The notes: generated by a model not told the origin, from the letters alone. A stretch of DNA of 64,000 nucleotides from Heptranchias perlo (GCF_035084215.1 NC_090327.1:113026001-113090000); one strand, 5' to 3'. Shown: positions 13,824 through 26,810, counted from the first letter of the stretch. A program made the numbers and translations.

Positions 13824-14588
13824 TATGACGCTCGACTCATCGATCGACAGTTCCGACGGGCCACAGCAAAAAATCGCATAGACCTCCTCAGGAGACTAAC
13901 ACGGGACGCAACCAACAGAGTACCCTTTGTCGTCCAGTACTTCCCCGGAGCGGAGAAACTACGCCATGTTCTCCGCAGCCTTCAACATGTCATCAATGAG
14001 GACAAACACCTCGCTATGGCCATCCCCACACCTCCACTACTCGCCTTTAAACAGCCACCCAACCTCAAACAGACCATCGTTCGCAGCAAACTACCTAGCT
14101 TTCAAGAGAACAGCGTCCACGACGCCACACAACCCTGCCACGGTAACCTCTGCAAGACATGCCAGATCATCGACACAGATACCACCATCACACGAGAGGA
14201 CACCACCCACCAGGTGCATGGTTCATACTCCTGTGACTCGGCCAACGTTGTCTACCTCATACGTTGCAGGAAAGGATGCCCCAGAGCATGGTACATTGGC
14301 GAGACCATGCAGACGCTGCGACAACGGATGAACGGACACCGCGCAACAATCGCCAAACAGGAGGGTTCCCTCCCAGTCGGGGAACACTTCAGCAGTCATG
14401 GACATTCATCCACCGACCTTCGGGTAAGCGTACTCCAAGGCGGCCTTCGAGACACACGACAACGCAAAATCGTCGAGCAGAAATTGATAGCCAAGTTCCG
14501 CACCCATGAGGACGGCCTCAACCGGGATCTTGGGTTCATGTCACGCTACACGTTACCCCACCAGCGAACAAATGTTATCTGTTTTTAA
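13824..14588 (+). CDS. C-terminal part of Penelope ORF (linker, Cys-rich motif, GIY-YIG endonuclease), 5'-truncated but open
   Basis: YDARLI...PFVVQY...AFKQPPNLKQTIVRSKL...CHGNLCKTC...NVVYLIRC...WYIGET...LRQRMNGH...HF...E...I...GLN. Confidence 0.88.
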   Translation, partial: YDARLIDRQFRRATAKNRIDLLRRLTRDATNRVPFVVQYFPGAEKLRHVLRSLQHVINEDKHLAMAIPTPPLLAFKQPPNLKQTIVRSKLPSFQENSVHDATQPCHGNLCKTCQIIDTDTTITREDTTHQVHGSYSCDSANVVYLIRCRKGCPRAWYIGETMQTLRQRMNGHRATIAKQEGSLPVGEHFSSHGHSSTDLRVSVLQGGLRDTRQRKIVEQKLIAKFRTHEDGLNRDLGFMSRYTLPHQRTNVICF

Positions 14589-14833
14589 TATAATGGGTCA
14601 TTTGCTGGCTCTCTCTGCCTTCCGGATGTTTCTGCCTCTCTCTGTGTTTTTTTTCTCTGTTTTTTTTCCCTGTTTGTTTTTTTGTTGAATGTGTATTCGG
14701 GGGTTCTGCAGGTGACACCTCTCTGTCTGAACACGGTGATTGCCTTGGCAACGGGCAGTTGCAGGGGCAGTCTGTAAACACCATGTATTGTTCAATATGT
14801 ATAAATGCGTAGGCTTCAAGGAGCTCTTGAAAC

Positions 14834-14874
14834 ATTTGCCTGAGGAAGGAGAAAATCTCCGAAAGCTTGTGAAT
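14834..14874 (+). ncRNA. Minimal type-I hammerhead ribozyme motif (mirror copy on - at 13144-13184)
   Basis: atttgc-CTGAGGA-a-ggaga aaa tctcc-GAAA-gctt-gtgaat: both core boxes, 5-bp helix II, palindromic AGCT helix III, 6-bp helix I with two G-U pairs. Confidence 0.75.
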
Positions 14875-15639
14875 TTAAAATAAAATTGCTGGACTATAAC
14901 TTGGTGTTGTAAAATTGTTTACAAGTATTTCAGGGTGTAATTTATCAGGGTCACTGCTTTAATTTGAATGATGATGACAGCAAATTGTGTTGTCTTCTCC
15001 TCAGAATTTCCCTTTGAATTTTTTCCTTTTAAACCCTCCTGAAGGTGATGACTTATTTTAGGGTGAGATTCCATGGTTGACAGCAGCCACTTGGTAGCAT
15101 GTCCAAGTGGTTATTCTTCATGTGTGAACCTGGACTATGAAACCTGGCCCTTACAACTAAACGTGATCTCATCCGGTGTCCACAAATCGCAAACAGAAGT
15201 GAGAATCCTAACAATTTTCCCGACCTAATTACCTGAAAAGAAATCACTTGCACCAAACCCATGGCAAAATAAAACAATGCATCTAAGCATTCCGATGACA
15301 AGGCCCCTTGAGGTAGATTTTTTAGCTTGCCGCCCGGGCATAAAGATGACGTTGTGAATCAGTCACTCGTTATAGAAACCACCCAATTTTCACTGAACTA
15401 ATTTATGTTGCATAAAACTGAGAAAATTTAAATGTAAAGTTTAACATGCAGAAGATGTTCTAGAAAGTGTACTCCTTGTTGATACAGTCAATATCCACCA
15501 TTGCAATTTTTTTAAAGAATTGAATGGGCATGGTATTGAGATTTATTTATTTTTACTTATTGAGAATGCAAGATGAATGGCCAAGGCTTATAGTGGAAGT
15601 TTAAAAGAATAAAAAGGAAGATGAGACATATTGGGATGT

Positions 15640-16340
15640 GGTGATTAGCTGATGCTAAAATTGCATTTTAAAACTCCTTCAGTTTGTAGAAGGAAGGGAA
15701 AACTCAGGGAAGTTAAGGGTTCCACAACTTTGAAGTCATGCGAAGGAATGTGTCAGAATAAGAGACTGAGATAAATCCTGATTTCAATACAGTGAGGATG
15801 TAGAGAGGAGCTGTAGCATGTAGGATAGTATAGTTATGAACTTAGAAGGAGCAAGAGATGGAAGTTTGGATGAGCAATGAGCATAATAGTATTAAGAAAT
15901 TTGAAAGACAAGAAAGATTGCAACAGAGGGAGAGGTTGGAGGCTATTGACAAGAGAGGAATTGCTGATCAGACGACAAGCTTTTTCTTGTATCCTATGCA
16001 AGACTGAGAGAAAGGTGCTAGATATGAGAACAGTGTTGAAATCTTGAATGAACTTAGGCTTTATAAAGAGTTAAGAGTTGTTGAAAGGAAGAGAAGTGTT
16101 TGGCACAAAAGAAGAAACTATGATTCTCAAGGAATTTGGGAGCTTCTTTTGAGATCAGAGGAGATAGTGAGGCCAAGTACATTGACAGATGAAGAAAAGT
16201 AAGGGTGAAGCCATTAAAGGTAAGAGTTGGTATTTAGTTGGCATTGCAAGAGACATGAAAGAACTATCTTTGAAGAACTGAAAGGAACAAGGTTTTCATT
16301 TCAAAGAATTTTGAAGGGCACGAAAGGAACAAGGCTATTT
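15640..16340 (-). mobile_element. Highly decayed non-LTR retrotransposon 3' end
   Basis: Minus strand reads roughly F..TSKLWN...P.VFPSFYKLKEF, a LINE ORF2 C-terminal pattern. Confidence 0.5.
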
Positions 16341-16562
16341 TAAAATTACTTTTATCAATACTCATCAATGTAATGTGCGCCTAAATTGTAGTATAACCCT
16401 AGCAGATAACGGTCCATTTTCTAATGGAACTTTTTATTACATTATGGGGGTGAAATTAAAGTCAGTGGAGAAGAATATCAGGCAGGGTGTAAAACGGGCC
16501 ACTGATTCGTTATCACCCGTTTTGTGTTACTGGCAAAGACCAATTTCACTCCGGTTACATAT

Positions 16563-17349
16563 TGGCCCGTAAATTGCTCCGAGCAGTGCTCGCTGCCCAT
16601 TAGATTTCAATTCACCCACTAAGTTACCGTGTTCTTTTTGACGGCAACTTCCTTGAACTGTGAGTTGAAATAACATCAGCGTTCTTTCCCGGGCTGTGTG
16701 AGTGGTGAAAGGGTCTCTCAGGCCCCTCAACCAATCAGCTTGAAGCAAGCCACACTGCGAGAACCAGGAAGTGCAGTTCATAGACAAACCACGCATACTA
16801 AAAACCCGGATGTGCCCGATAAGGTATTATAAAATGACATAGAGAAAGCGAAATAAAGAGAGGAGAAATAAAGAGACTAAAGTAAGAGAGACAGAAGGAA
16901 AAAGTAGAAATAAATTTTTAAACGTTTTTAATTTAAAAGTTTTTTTTAAATGTCCAAAAACTATTAAAATCAGATTTAATGAGACTCCACGTTTTTAAGA
17001 GTTAATATTTAGTGTCAGTGAGGGTGTTTGGCAGTGATTAAGGTTTACCATGCTTTAAAGCTTAGTTTAGACTTAAAAAACTGAGCGTACCTGTTTTGTG
17101 GCGATATTAGTTAGTTTCCAGCTGGGCACGAGAGGAAGTTGGTGCTGTTCCGTTGATTCTATTGATTGCAGCTGGTGAAGTCCCTTTAAGGCGAAGCTGT
17201 CAGATCACCGGCGAACCAGGAAGAGCAAGTTCCGTATTTCCGCGTTTGACTGCGCATGAGCGGTCGCCGGAATTTGCTTTACGATTTCGCCACTAATAAT
17301 GGTGAGCGCTGTTGGGCTCACCGTTAATTTGAAAACAATTTCCAGCCCA
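16563..17349. mobile_element. TIR-bounded MITE, abutting or inserted in a smaller repeat (16446-16560)
   Basis: Ends tggcccgtaaattg and caatttccagccca. Related to 22090-22811 in the opposite orientation. Confidence 0.7.
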
Positions 17350-19257
17350 ATATATCAAACACTACTAAGTCTCAGAAGATGTTTGAATAACCTAAGGTTA
17401 TTGCCATATCTTTTCCTTTACCCCTATACTACCCTTTTCAGTCATGGTGGTGTCTTGGATTATGGACCTTGACTTGTCACCTAGATTTCTCAATTAAACA
17501 AATACTACTGCTTTTATTTTCCACAAATAGAGTTGTATACATGCAAAATATTAATAGGAGTACTTACATGCCAATTATTATTGAAGCTGCATATATCCAG
17601 GAACTTCTTCCTGTCATTGAATCACTGTACCTAAGCAGTGTGTTTACTTTGGATATTGATCCAGTTTCATTAACTATCGCACATTCAGTAGAAAAAAGAG
17701 CTGGTGGAGGTGACCCATGAGGTGCAGTTTTGTAGAAAGAGAGCGTGTGTTAGACTTTTGAATCCAAATCAAATGAGTTGACCCAATTTGAATTCATGGA
17801 GAAAATTAAATTTTTTCCCCTCAATTAAAAAAATTAAGGTTCTGTGTTTTTGAAATGTGTCAGTGTCCTTTTAGAGTAATGCCCCATCATGATTTAGAGG
17901 CCTCTGCTGTCAAGGCTTGGGAAGGAGCCCTATGAAATCGACATTTCAAATGGATAGGACGGATGGACCAATAGGGTGGACAGATTGTCACAGAGTTGGA
18001 TGGATTTCTACTGTCCACCATTTGTAGCATAATCATAAACCAGTTCTATAAGTTCTGCATTTACGAATTTGCTACGAACAGCTAATACGGTCAGGCTTCC
18101 CCTTTAATAACTCTTCCTTATGTGTGCATATCGATAAATATTAATGTGCCATTTCTTGTTTACTGATTACAGATTTTACTGAGAAACATTTCATGAGTGG
18201 TGTCTTATTTCTAATGTACTTTTAAAAAAAAAACACTGGCCTGGTTTTAGCAGCTCTTTATTGAAGAACCAGTTGAAGGAGGGATAAGTGTGTATTTATG
18301 TTCATTAGTCGTGCAAAATTTGTTCAGCGTCTGTACTGATGTGATGGCTGCAGTGGGAGGAATAAAACCTCCTGTAAAGATCAACAGAAAATGGATGTCA
18401 GGTCACAATGTTAATAGGAAATGGAAGTCTGGTTAAATGTTAAGGGTTCAGGCTGTTGCCTAGAGCTGAGCAGAGTATAAAGGAGCTGTGGAGAAAGGCT
18501 TTCTACAGTATTGCATTCCCCATAAATATGGATGGTTACCATATAAGAATAGTAAATACATTTGACTGGCTACTCAAGTGTGAATGTGTTTGAACCATTC
18601 ATTTCAGTGGTCTCTTCTCATGCCTTTGTGTTTTTCTGGACTTTGATTCCTTCACAGTTTTTGGGCAATTTCAACTCCAATTCACAATTTCTATTGAACG
18701 GTCAAACCAGCACCCCTTAAAACCACAGGACTTCCTGTGTGCACCGGGCAATTTTACCTAAAAACTATCGTACAACTGGACAGTGTACAAACTGCCATTT
18801 GGAGTCAGTGGAGGTAGTTTTGTGCAATAGAAGTCAATGGAAATAAAAATTGGGAGAGATGTAAAACGGGCTGCTGATTTGCTATCACCCGTTTTACACT
18901 TGCCCAAAATCAAAATTACCCCCGGTGTCTCTTAGATGATATGATCACTCATTAGTTGGCAGCTGTGAATTGTACATAGTCTGAAAAGGTGCTGTTTTTT
19001 AGGATAAAGTAACTGTGAATAATATCCAGGTGTGAAGCAGACGATATTTATTATTTAACAAAATGCACTGTAATTGCGATGTTTCAATTTTTTAGTCTAT
19101 GTTTATTTTTTGACAATAGACAGGAAAATAGCTGAAGCTGCACAAGAGCCTCTTGGTAAACAACTGAAGCAGATCTAACTCAAAGGAGCACAGTTTTATC
19201 CTTGTTACTAAGTAACTGTTCATTACGGTACACGTGTATACGCACACTTCACTCAAA

Positions 19258-19357
19258 TAAGAACAAAGAATGCTAAAAATACACAGCAAGCGCATCAGCA
19301 TCTGAAAAGAGAAAAGAAGGGTTAACATTTGAGTGTAGACCTTTCATTGAACGGAAC
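19258..19357 (-). mobile_element. Decayed Penelope-like terminal fragment
   Basis: aatgct.aaaata...cagcatctg...gttaacattt...gacctttc pattern shared with family B copies. Confidence 0.55.
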
Positions 19358-19440
19358 ATATAACAGAAATTGGCCACGTGATCATGTGCAAATGCTCTGC
19401 ACTCCCATCTTTACAAATTGGATGTACTAAAAATAATTAC

Positions 19441-19594
19441 AAAAGCAAAATACGACGGATGCTAGAAATCTGAAATAAAAACAGAAAATGCTGGAAACAA
19501 TCGGCAAGTCAATCAGCTGTGATGACCCGAAACATTAACTCTGTTGCTCTCTCCACGGATGCTGAGCGTTTCCAGCATTTTCTATTTTTATTTT
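19441..19594. mobile_element. Miniature inverted Penelope-like insertion (family B)
   Basis: aaataaaaacagaaaatgctggaaac ... gtttccagcattttctatttttattt. Flanked by imperfect TSD aaaaa(t/c)aattac at 19429-19440 and 19595-19606. Confidence 0.75.
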
Positions 19595-20314
19595 AAAAAC
19601 AATTACAAATAAGACTTTTGTCAAAAGGGACTTAATGGTGGCTTAGAAGTCATCTACATATGTGTATAGTTAAAATGAAAAGTTATAGTAAAAAGTAAAC
19701 CAAATACTTGCCAACTTATTAACATCATTGCCAAGTCCTGTGAAGTTAGACTTGAACATCTCACCTGGAGTATTCCATCAAACCCTGCATTCAGGTCAAA
19801 TAGAACAAGTTTCATTTGGGAGAAACTAGATGACTGCATCTGATAATCTGATGATACAAGGCTAGAAATACAAAAGAGGAAAAGTTGCTCTGGTTCCATA
19901 TGTAGCAAATTATAAATGCATTGAAAAAGAATATGAATAGATGTTCTTACACAAAGAACAAGAGCAATTGTCCTTCCAAAGAGAGTGAAGATATCATCAT
20001 GCTCGACTGTGATTGTTAAGTGTCACAGATAGGTTTTGAATTAGCTTGGAGAAAGGATGAAATGAATAAAAAACAAGATGTTCAGAAAGTAGTAAAACAG
20101 ATGGAACAACTACGTGGAATAATCTTCACACCAATTCTGGATAGCAGACCTTGAGGGTGCAAGTGTATTTTGCAAATGGTTAAATGGAACTAACAAACAA
20201 GGGGTGACGAGATGATCACTAGAGATAGCCACAATTATTGTATGTAGAGTGGAGTCATTATTAGAGCCTATCGCAGAGATAAGTGTTTCTCATCACAAAA
20301 CTCAGAAAGTCTCT

Positions 20315-21832
20315 AATATAAAAACAGAAAATGCTGCAGAAGCTCAGCAAGTCAGGCAGCATCTGTGGAAAAAGCAACAGAGTTAATGTTTCAGGTCGAT
20401 GATCTTTCGTCAGAAATGGAAAATGTTTTTGAGCAAGTACAGAGCCAGGCAAAGTGGGGGGTGAGGGAGGGGAGGGGAGGAAAGAACAAAAGGGAAGGTC
20501 TGTGATACGGTAGAGGGCAGGACTGATTAAATGACAAAAGGGATGATGGTGCAAGGCAAGGAAGATGGTAATGGGACAGGTTAAGAAACAAAAGATTAAT
20601 CAGGAGTAACTGTAAATGGCAACACCAGGGCCATTACCAGCACTTGCTGATGAAAAAATGGGAGCAGTGGTTATGATCTGAAGTTATTGAAATCAATGTT
20701 GAATCCAGACGGATGTAAAGTGCCTAAACGAAAGATGAGGTGATGTTCCTCAAGCTCACGTTGAGCTTCATTGGAACAGAGTAAGTGGCCGAGGACAGAG
20801 AGGTCAGAGTGGGAGTGGGACGGGGAATTAAAATGGCAAGTGACCAACAGGTCAAGGTCACACTTGCGGACTGAGCGGAGATGTTCAGCAAAGCGATCAC
20901 CCAATCTGCGTTTGGTCTCCCCAATGTAGAGGAGACCACACTGCGAGCAGCGAATACAGTTTACTAAATTGAAAGAAGTACAAGTAAATCACTGTTTCAC
21001 CTGGAAGGAGTGTTTGGGGCCCTGGACGGTGAGAAGGGAGGAGGTGAAGGGGCAGTTGTTGCATCTCCTGAGCTCGCATGGGAAGGTGCCGTGGAGTGGA
21101 GAGCAGGTGATGAAGAGTGGACTAGGGTGTTGCCGAAGGAGTAGTTCCTTCGGAATGCTGAAAGGGGAGGGGACCATGTGTTTGGTGGTGGGATCGCTCT
21201 GGAGGTGGTGGAAATGGCGGAGGATAATACATTGAATGTGGAGGCTGGTGGGGTAGAAAGTGAGGACAAGGGGGCCCCTATTGTGGTTCTGGGAGAGAAG
21301 GGAAGTTTAAGGGCAGAAGTGCAGGAAATAGGACGGACACGGTCGAGGACCCTGTCAACTACAGTAGAGGGGAATCAGTAGAGCAGAAAGGAAGACATAT
21401 CGGAAGCACTGGTATGTCAGAACAGATGCGACAGAGACAGAGAAACTGGGAGAAGAGAATAGAAGCCTTACAAGAAGTGGGAGGAAGTGTAATCAAGGTA
21501 GCTGTGGGAGTTGGTGGGCTTATAATAGATATTGGTTGACAGCCTATCCCCAGAAATGGAGACAGAGAAGTCGAGGAAGGAAAGGGAAGAGTCGGAGATG
21601 GACCATGAGAAGGTGAGGGAAAAGTGGAAATTGGAAGCAAAGTTGATGACATTTTCTAGTTCGGGGCGAGAGCAGGAAACTGCACCAATACAGTCATCAA
21701 TGTACCAAAAAAAGAGGTGAGGGAGGGGACTTGAGTAGGATTGGAACAAGGAATGTTCCATGTATCCCGCAAAAAGGCAGGCATAGCTGGGACCAATATG
21801 GGTTCCCATAGCGACACCTTTTATTTGGAGGA
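20315..21832 (-). mobile_element. Penelope-like retroelement (family B), 5'-truncated and decayed (RT plus GIY-YIG)
   Basis: RT motifs GVAMGTHIGPSYACLF, WYIDDCIG, SFLD, YKPTNSHSYL. Endonuclease motifs DRFAEHLRS, HF, E.HLIFRLGTL.PSGFN. TSD agaaagtctct at 20304-20314 and 21833-21843. Hammerhead motif at ~20381-20415. Confidence 0.92.
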
Positions 21833-22089
21833 AGAAAGTCTCTGACGTTTCAGCTATTTACTTCACAGTTCAGCTACTTCAGGCATGAAAGTTTCACTTT
21901 GAATAAACTGGAATCATTCCAGTATGCTGTGAACTGCATCGCAGTGAGGCATAATCTGATTCAGTCTGATTAACACCAAGACCACAACATCACTCTGCAT
22001 TATAGCTTCCTCTGTACAGTTACCCTTTTTGTAAAATTAGTTCTAGTTTCTGCTGAATTCTTCAGCTAAGGAACTGCATTAAAGTATGC

Positions 22090-22811
22090 AGTTGCTGGAA
22101 AAATGATGGCGAGTTCACTGCGCCCGCCATTATTAGTGCGTAAAAAACCCAGCAATTTGTGGCAAGGAAGAGCTATGTCATGAGTTGTGAGTCGCCCCAA
22201 ATTGCTGGACAATTTGCGCCGCTCCGCCATTAACTCAGTGTCATTCCCTCCCCCCCGGCGACGAGTGTCAAGAAATTGCTGGATTTCCGCCATGAATATG
22301 AATGAATCTCACTGCAGACATTTAAGGCTGATATTTCATGTCATAAGGACCCTGTTAATGATGTGATTTATGGTCCTGACATGACACTCAACTTTGGAGG
22401 CCTAGGAAGGGAATCTCACTCCTGCGGGCAGTAAATTGTTTCTAGAGTTTTTTTTAATTTTAAAATTTAAATTTTTTTCTTACTTTTCCTTTCTGTCCCT
22501 TTTCTCTCTCTTTCATAATCCAATCTTTCTTTCCCTCTCTTTATTTCTCTTTCTGTATCTAATTTGACTCTAATTTACCTTATTTGCTTCTCCGTCATTC
22601 GCTCTTGTCTCTTTCTTGTTCTTTAAATTTCATTGGTTATGGAGATAAACCTTTGGACCCGATGTTAATGAGGTCCCAGATGTCCTGTTAATGTCACTGC
22701 ACTAGTATCATTTTGCACTTCCAACAATTTGTGACACAAAAATAATACAATCTGAAGGGTGAGAAAAAAATCCAATTCACGGTGCTCACTGTTCCAGCAA
22801 TTTCTGGGCCA
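22090..22811. mobile_element. MITE related to 16563-17349
   Basis: Shares cgcc(a)ttattagtg and (tc)-rich blocks. Right end gcaatttctgggcc. Confidence 0.6.
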
Positions 22812-23383
22812 TTATATCTGAGAATGTTGTATCTTTCAGTATCAGTGATATATGTAATATTTTTATCTCAGGCAGTTATGTGATATATTGCTTCAGTAAA
22901 TTTGCTGTATTACAACGATGGATGAATCATTGTCATGTTTAGGCTTCAGTAGAACCATGGTAAACAGAAGAAATGCACTCCTGCTCCTGGACTACCCACG
23001 AGCAACGCCATAGAAGGTCTACTAGTCTTCCTGAAAAACGAGCGCAAAACAATTTTCCTTTGGCGGAAGTTACCCAGCTTTTCTATCTCTATCCCCTTCT
23101 CTAACAAAAAAAGTATCCCTTTTCACAAAGAAAGTATCCCTTTAATAAGATTTTCAGAAGAAAATGCTTTGGGGGTGGGTTTGTGCCCACAATTTTCCAT
23201 GTGAACCCAAATATCTCTCATAGCACCGTTGGGAAATGCTAAGCAAAAGCTGCATCTAAAGGGAGCAAAAAATGGTGGTATAGGTCTTACACACCTCCTG
23301 CCATTGGTTTCACCGCAGCATTGGCAGAGATCTGCTTGCCTAGTTTTGCTGCTGGCCACAATCAGTCATGAGATTTCATATCT

Positions 23384-24144
23384 TGGCCCCGACTTTAATG
23401 GGGGGATGGGCCCGGTATGGTGCAAACGAGCCCCAAAGCGGGCGGCAGGTGCGGGGAATCCGGAGACGTGGATCTTAACGGCTGGGCCTCATTTACATAA
23501 ATTTTCCTGGAGTCCCTGCTGAACCCCGCCAAATCCACTACTTGGCTGGCGGGTGGGAGCAGGAATTTGGCGGCAGGAGGCCACAGCCGGGGACCCATGG
23601 GAATGGTCCCCGGCAGCCAAAATGGGGTGGGCCTGGAGGCAATGGGAGGAGGGGGTTCTAGCTGCGATTGGAGGGGAGGTTCCAGCTGTGATCGGTGATC
23701 GGGGGGTGGGGTAGGGGGGGGCAGTGCTGTGGCCATGATCGGGCAAGAGAGGCCCAAGGCTTCCTTGTGAGGCCTAGCGGAGCATTCCTCCTTCTCCTAG
23801 CCCACAAGGAAACCTAAAATAATGCTTTAAAATTTACCTTGCTGGTCCTCTTCTGGCTCATGATCCCTTTGGTTTGGCCTGATGGGGAAGCTGTCACTGC
23901 TCCCCTGCTCAGGCCTTCAACTAAAATTGTAGATTGGATCCTGATGACATCATTGGACCCGATCTACATATTTGTAAAGAAGGATCCTGCTGACTTCCTG
24001 CGGGGGTCCCGCTGACCTGCTCAAAAGAGCAGGTTAAGATCAGAAAGGCAGCGGGATCAGGGTGGATGGTAAGTGACTGGCCTTATTTTAACTGCCTCTC
24101 CGCCTAGTTTCCGCCAGGCGGGTCCAGTTCAAAATCGGCGCCCC
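23384..24144. mobile_element. Harbinger-like MITE
   Basis: Ends ggccccgacttt and aaaatcggcgcccc; GC-rich. Confidence 0.7.
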
Positions 24145-24299
24145 TGTCTCCCCCAGCCTCAAAACATGATAATGCTTTGGAATATACATTGCCATTGTAT
24201 TCTCTGGTAACCAACTGCATACTGTGCCTTAACTAGATCTGTCTAGTCTTGATATCGCACCTGTGCCATAATGTTGCACACATGACTCTAGAGCAACAG

Positions 24300-25440
24300 T
24301 AGGATGTTTTTAAAAAAGAGATTGCAAAGGTACACAATGATTATATTCCATTAAAAAAGGAAACTACTAGTAGTTTTACTATACCATAAATAAATAAGTT
24401 AGAAAACAGTTAAAATTGAAATAGTCTTTATGTAAACTAGAATAATAAGAATTAAAAAACTGAAGGAGAATATGAGAAAATAAGTGTAAGAGCAGGATAC
24501 GGAAAGCTAGATATCAAAAGCAACAGTATTTTACAAGTTTATCAGTAGAAAGATAATTGTTAAAAGCAAAGTGTGACCTCTGAGAGGAGAGGATTATCAA
24601 TTTGTAGATGATCATCAAAAAATGGCAGAATTAATAAATACTTCGCATTGGTCTATACTAAAGAGACGGATATTAAAGAGGAGTTAAATCCTGAACTGGT
24701 TGAGAGCAAAATGAGTGATGGTATGATGGATCAAAGAAAATTTTACACGAGTTAGGTTAGCTAAAAGAAGACAAAGTGCCCAAAACAATGCCCCTCGGAG
24801 TCTTAGTAGACTTGACATGCAACATGTCCAGCCAATGAGATCAGCAATGAACAAAGACAATGGAACATTGAACTACATAGCCAAAGGAAGTTTTGAAGAA
24901 ACTCTGGTCAGACTACACCTGGAGTACTATGTCCATTCCTGGTTACCGAGATGTAAAGGAGACCAGTGCTGCAGGCAATGTAGACAAGAGCCACAAGACT
25001 GATTCCCAGTCTTAGAGGTCTCACTAATGAGGAAAAACTGGAGAAACTTGGACTTCTCAATCTTGATAGAGGCATCTGAGAGGTAATCTTATAAAGGTAT
25101 ATAAGATACTATATGGTGTGGAAGAGGGAAATCCGGAAAATTACTTCAAATTAAATTGTGAGAGTAAGACAATGGCCACAGGTTCAAACTAGTTGAAGAC
25201 AAATTTAGGATTGATGTCATGAAGTTTTACTTCACACAAAAAGTGATCAACACTTGGAATGGACTCCCAGATAAAGTAGTGAAGACGAAAACCCTGGAAT
25301 CTTTTAAAAGGGAAGTGAATAAACATTGAAATGGTGCAGTGAAAGAGCAGGGGCATAGGACAAAGTGGGTAGCTCTTTCAAAGAGCAGGCACAGGTGCGA
25401 TGGGTCGAATTGCTTCCTCTGAGCTGTAAAATTCTATGTT
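24300..25440 (+). mobile_element. Decayed, internally deleted CR1 LINE
   Basis: LVRLHLEYYVHSW motif, FTQKVINTWNGLP-like segment, CR1-type 3' UTR. Confidence 0.75.
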
Positions 25441-26009
25441 CATGTGATTACGAGCACAGTTAGAAAGATGGGGAAGACTGTCATATTGACAGATGGTGTT
25501 ACATCCCAAAACAATTTAATAATTGCCCGTCAGTGAATTGGCTATTGACTGTTGATTCAGCCAGTTACCCAGTGAAAATCAGAATATCCCACTGCACAAG
25601 TACTGCTTTTGGCAAGCATTTGCAATTACACACTTTCAAGTCTAAAAGGTTTTGTGTTTGATAACTCTCCCTTTTACAGGAAATGGAGATTACAGCCCAC
25701 CCTGCATTGCCTTGCCAAACATAAAAAGCATGAAATATTTTTGTTTTGTAGCTCTTGTCTCTGGAGTAACGTATATGCTGTAACCTTTAGACTCGTATTT
25801 GGTCAGGGAGTCGGCCAGTGGCATGTTAATGAGGCCGGGCCGTTAAAATCGTCCGGGCCTCCCACTGCTGCTCCTCGATGGGCCGGCTGCTCGCTAGACT
25901 GTTTTCCCATCAGTACTGTGTCAGTAAGAGGAGGAGTGTGCAGTGACATGATGAGCGATAGATCGCTGGGCCACTGATTGGGGTGGGGTCTGCTGCTAAA
26001 AAGAACAGT

Positions 26010-26335
26010 TCTCTTTTCCTTTGCTCCACCATGAAGGCACTGACTCTTGCTGGCGAACGGGTCCACAGGCACGGTAGCCCTCCAATATCTCACGCATTCT
26101 TTATGCGTGAGTCCAGTCTTTGAGTGTTGGACGGTTATTTGAACAGAGAGGGAATCACATTTGAGTTTGATTCTGTCTTCCTCACCCAATATCCGCACAC
26201 ATTCATTTTGCAGCAGGAGTCACCAGTTGACAATCAAGAATGGGAACCTTGGCTGATTTTTCCTCTCCTTGACCAGGAGCTCTGAAGCCAATTTTAGTGT
26301 CCCATGTGTGGCTTGGCCAAGATCAGCTAACTCAA
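26010..26335 (-). mobile_element. Ancient SINE (AmnSINE2-like)
   Basis: Reverse complement tgagttagctgatcttggcc...aaaaatcagccaaggttccc...gtgagga.acagaatc matches 60770-61250 and the recalled consensus. Confidence 0.6.
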
Positions 26336-26416
26336 TTTGTAACAAACTAATAGTTTTCCTGTGGCATTGCTCATAGTAAGTTAGAGGATACAGTTATACA
26401 GGATACAGTGGAGCTA

Positions 26417-26435
26417 CATCGCCACCTAGTGGCCA
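26417..26435 (-). promoter_or_regulatory. Candidate CTCF site
   Basis: Minus strand TGGCCACTAGGTGGCGATG closely fits the CTCF core (tgg)CCACYAGGKGGCR. Motif match only. Confidence 0.45.
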
Positions 26436-26544
26436 CAACCTACAACAACAGCATTGGTGAGACATGTTTACATAAGGAATTCCTATGGTAACTGATCAAT
26501 AGGTAGTTTCAATGTTAAATTTTTTTTGATATTCATTTTTCAGA

Positions 26545-26810
26545 TTCGGGCGTCGCTGGCAAGGCCACATTTACTGCCATTTCCTAGTTGCATTGAGAAA
26601 GTGGTACTGGCTTTCTTGACCCACTGCAGTCCGTGTGGTGAAGGTGCTTCCATAATGCTGTTAGGTAGGGAGTTCCAGGATTTTGACCCAGCAATGATGA
26701 AGGAATGGAAATATATGTCGAAGTCAGGACAGTGTATGACTTGGAGGGCAACTTGGATGTGATGGTGTTCCCTTGCACATGGTGCCCTTGTTCTTCTGGG
26801 TGGTAGAGCA
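26545..26810 (-). mobile_element. LINE 3' fragment, same family as 34048-34521 and 43815-44246 (more diverged)
   Basis: SFIIAGSKSWNSLPNS peptide. Confidence 0.8.

Larger units (their letters stand above)
13059..14924. mobile_element. Young Penelope-like retroelement (family A), 5'-truncated, with inverted duplication
   Basis: Inverted arms 13094-13817 and 14201-14924. TSD gtatttcagggtg at 13046-13058 and 14925-14937. GIY-YIG ORF and hammerhead motif in both arms. Confidence 0.95.

Noticed and set aside
13430-14588. Two GIY-YIG ORFs facing outward as a novel nuclease system or homing endonuclease pair
   Set aside because: They are mirror copies within one truncated Penelope insertion bounded by a TSD, and the RT domain is absent.
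13094-14924. Palindrome as an assembly artefact
   Set aside because: The 13-bp TSD, the asymmetric tail, the arm mismatches and the same architecture at other sites argue for a real insertion. Read-level confirmation is still needed.
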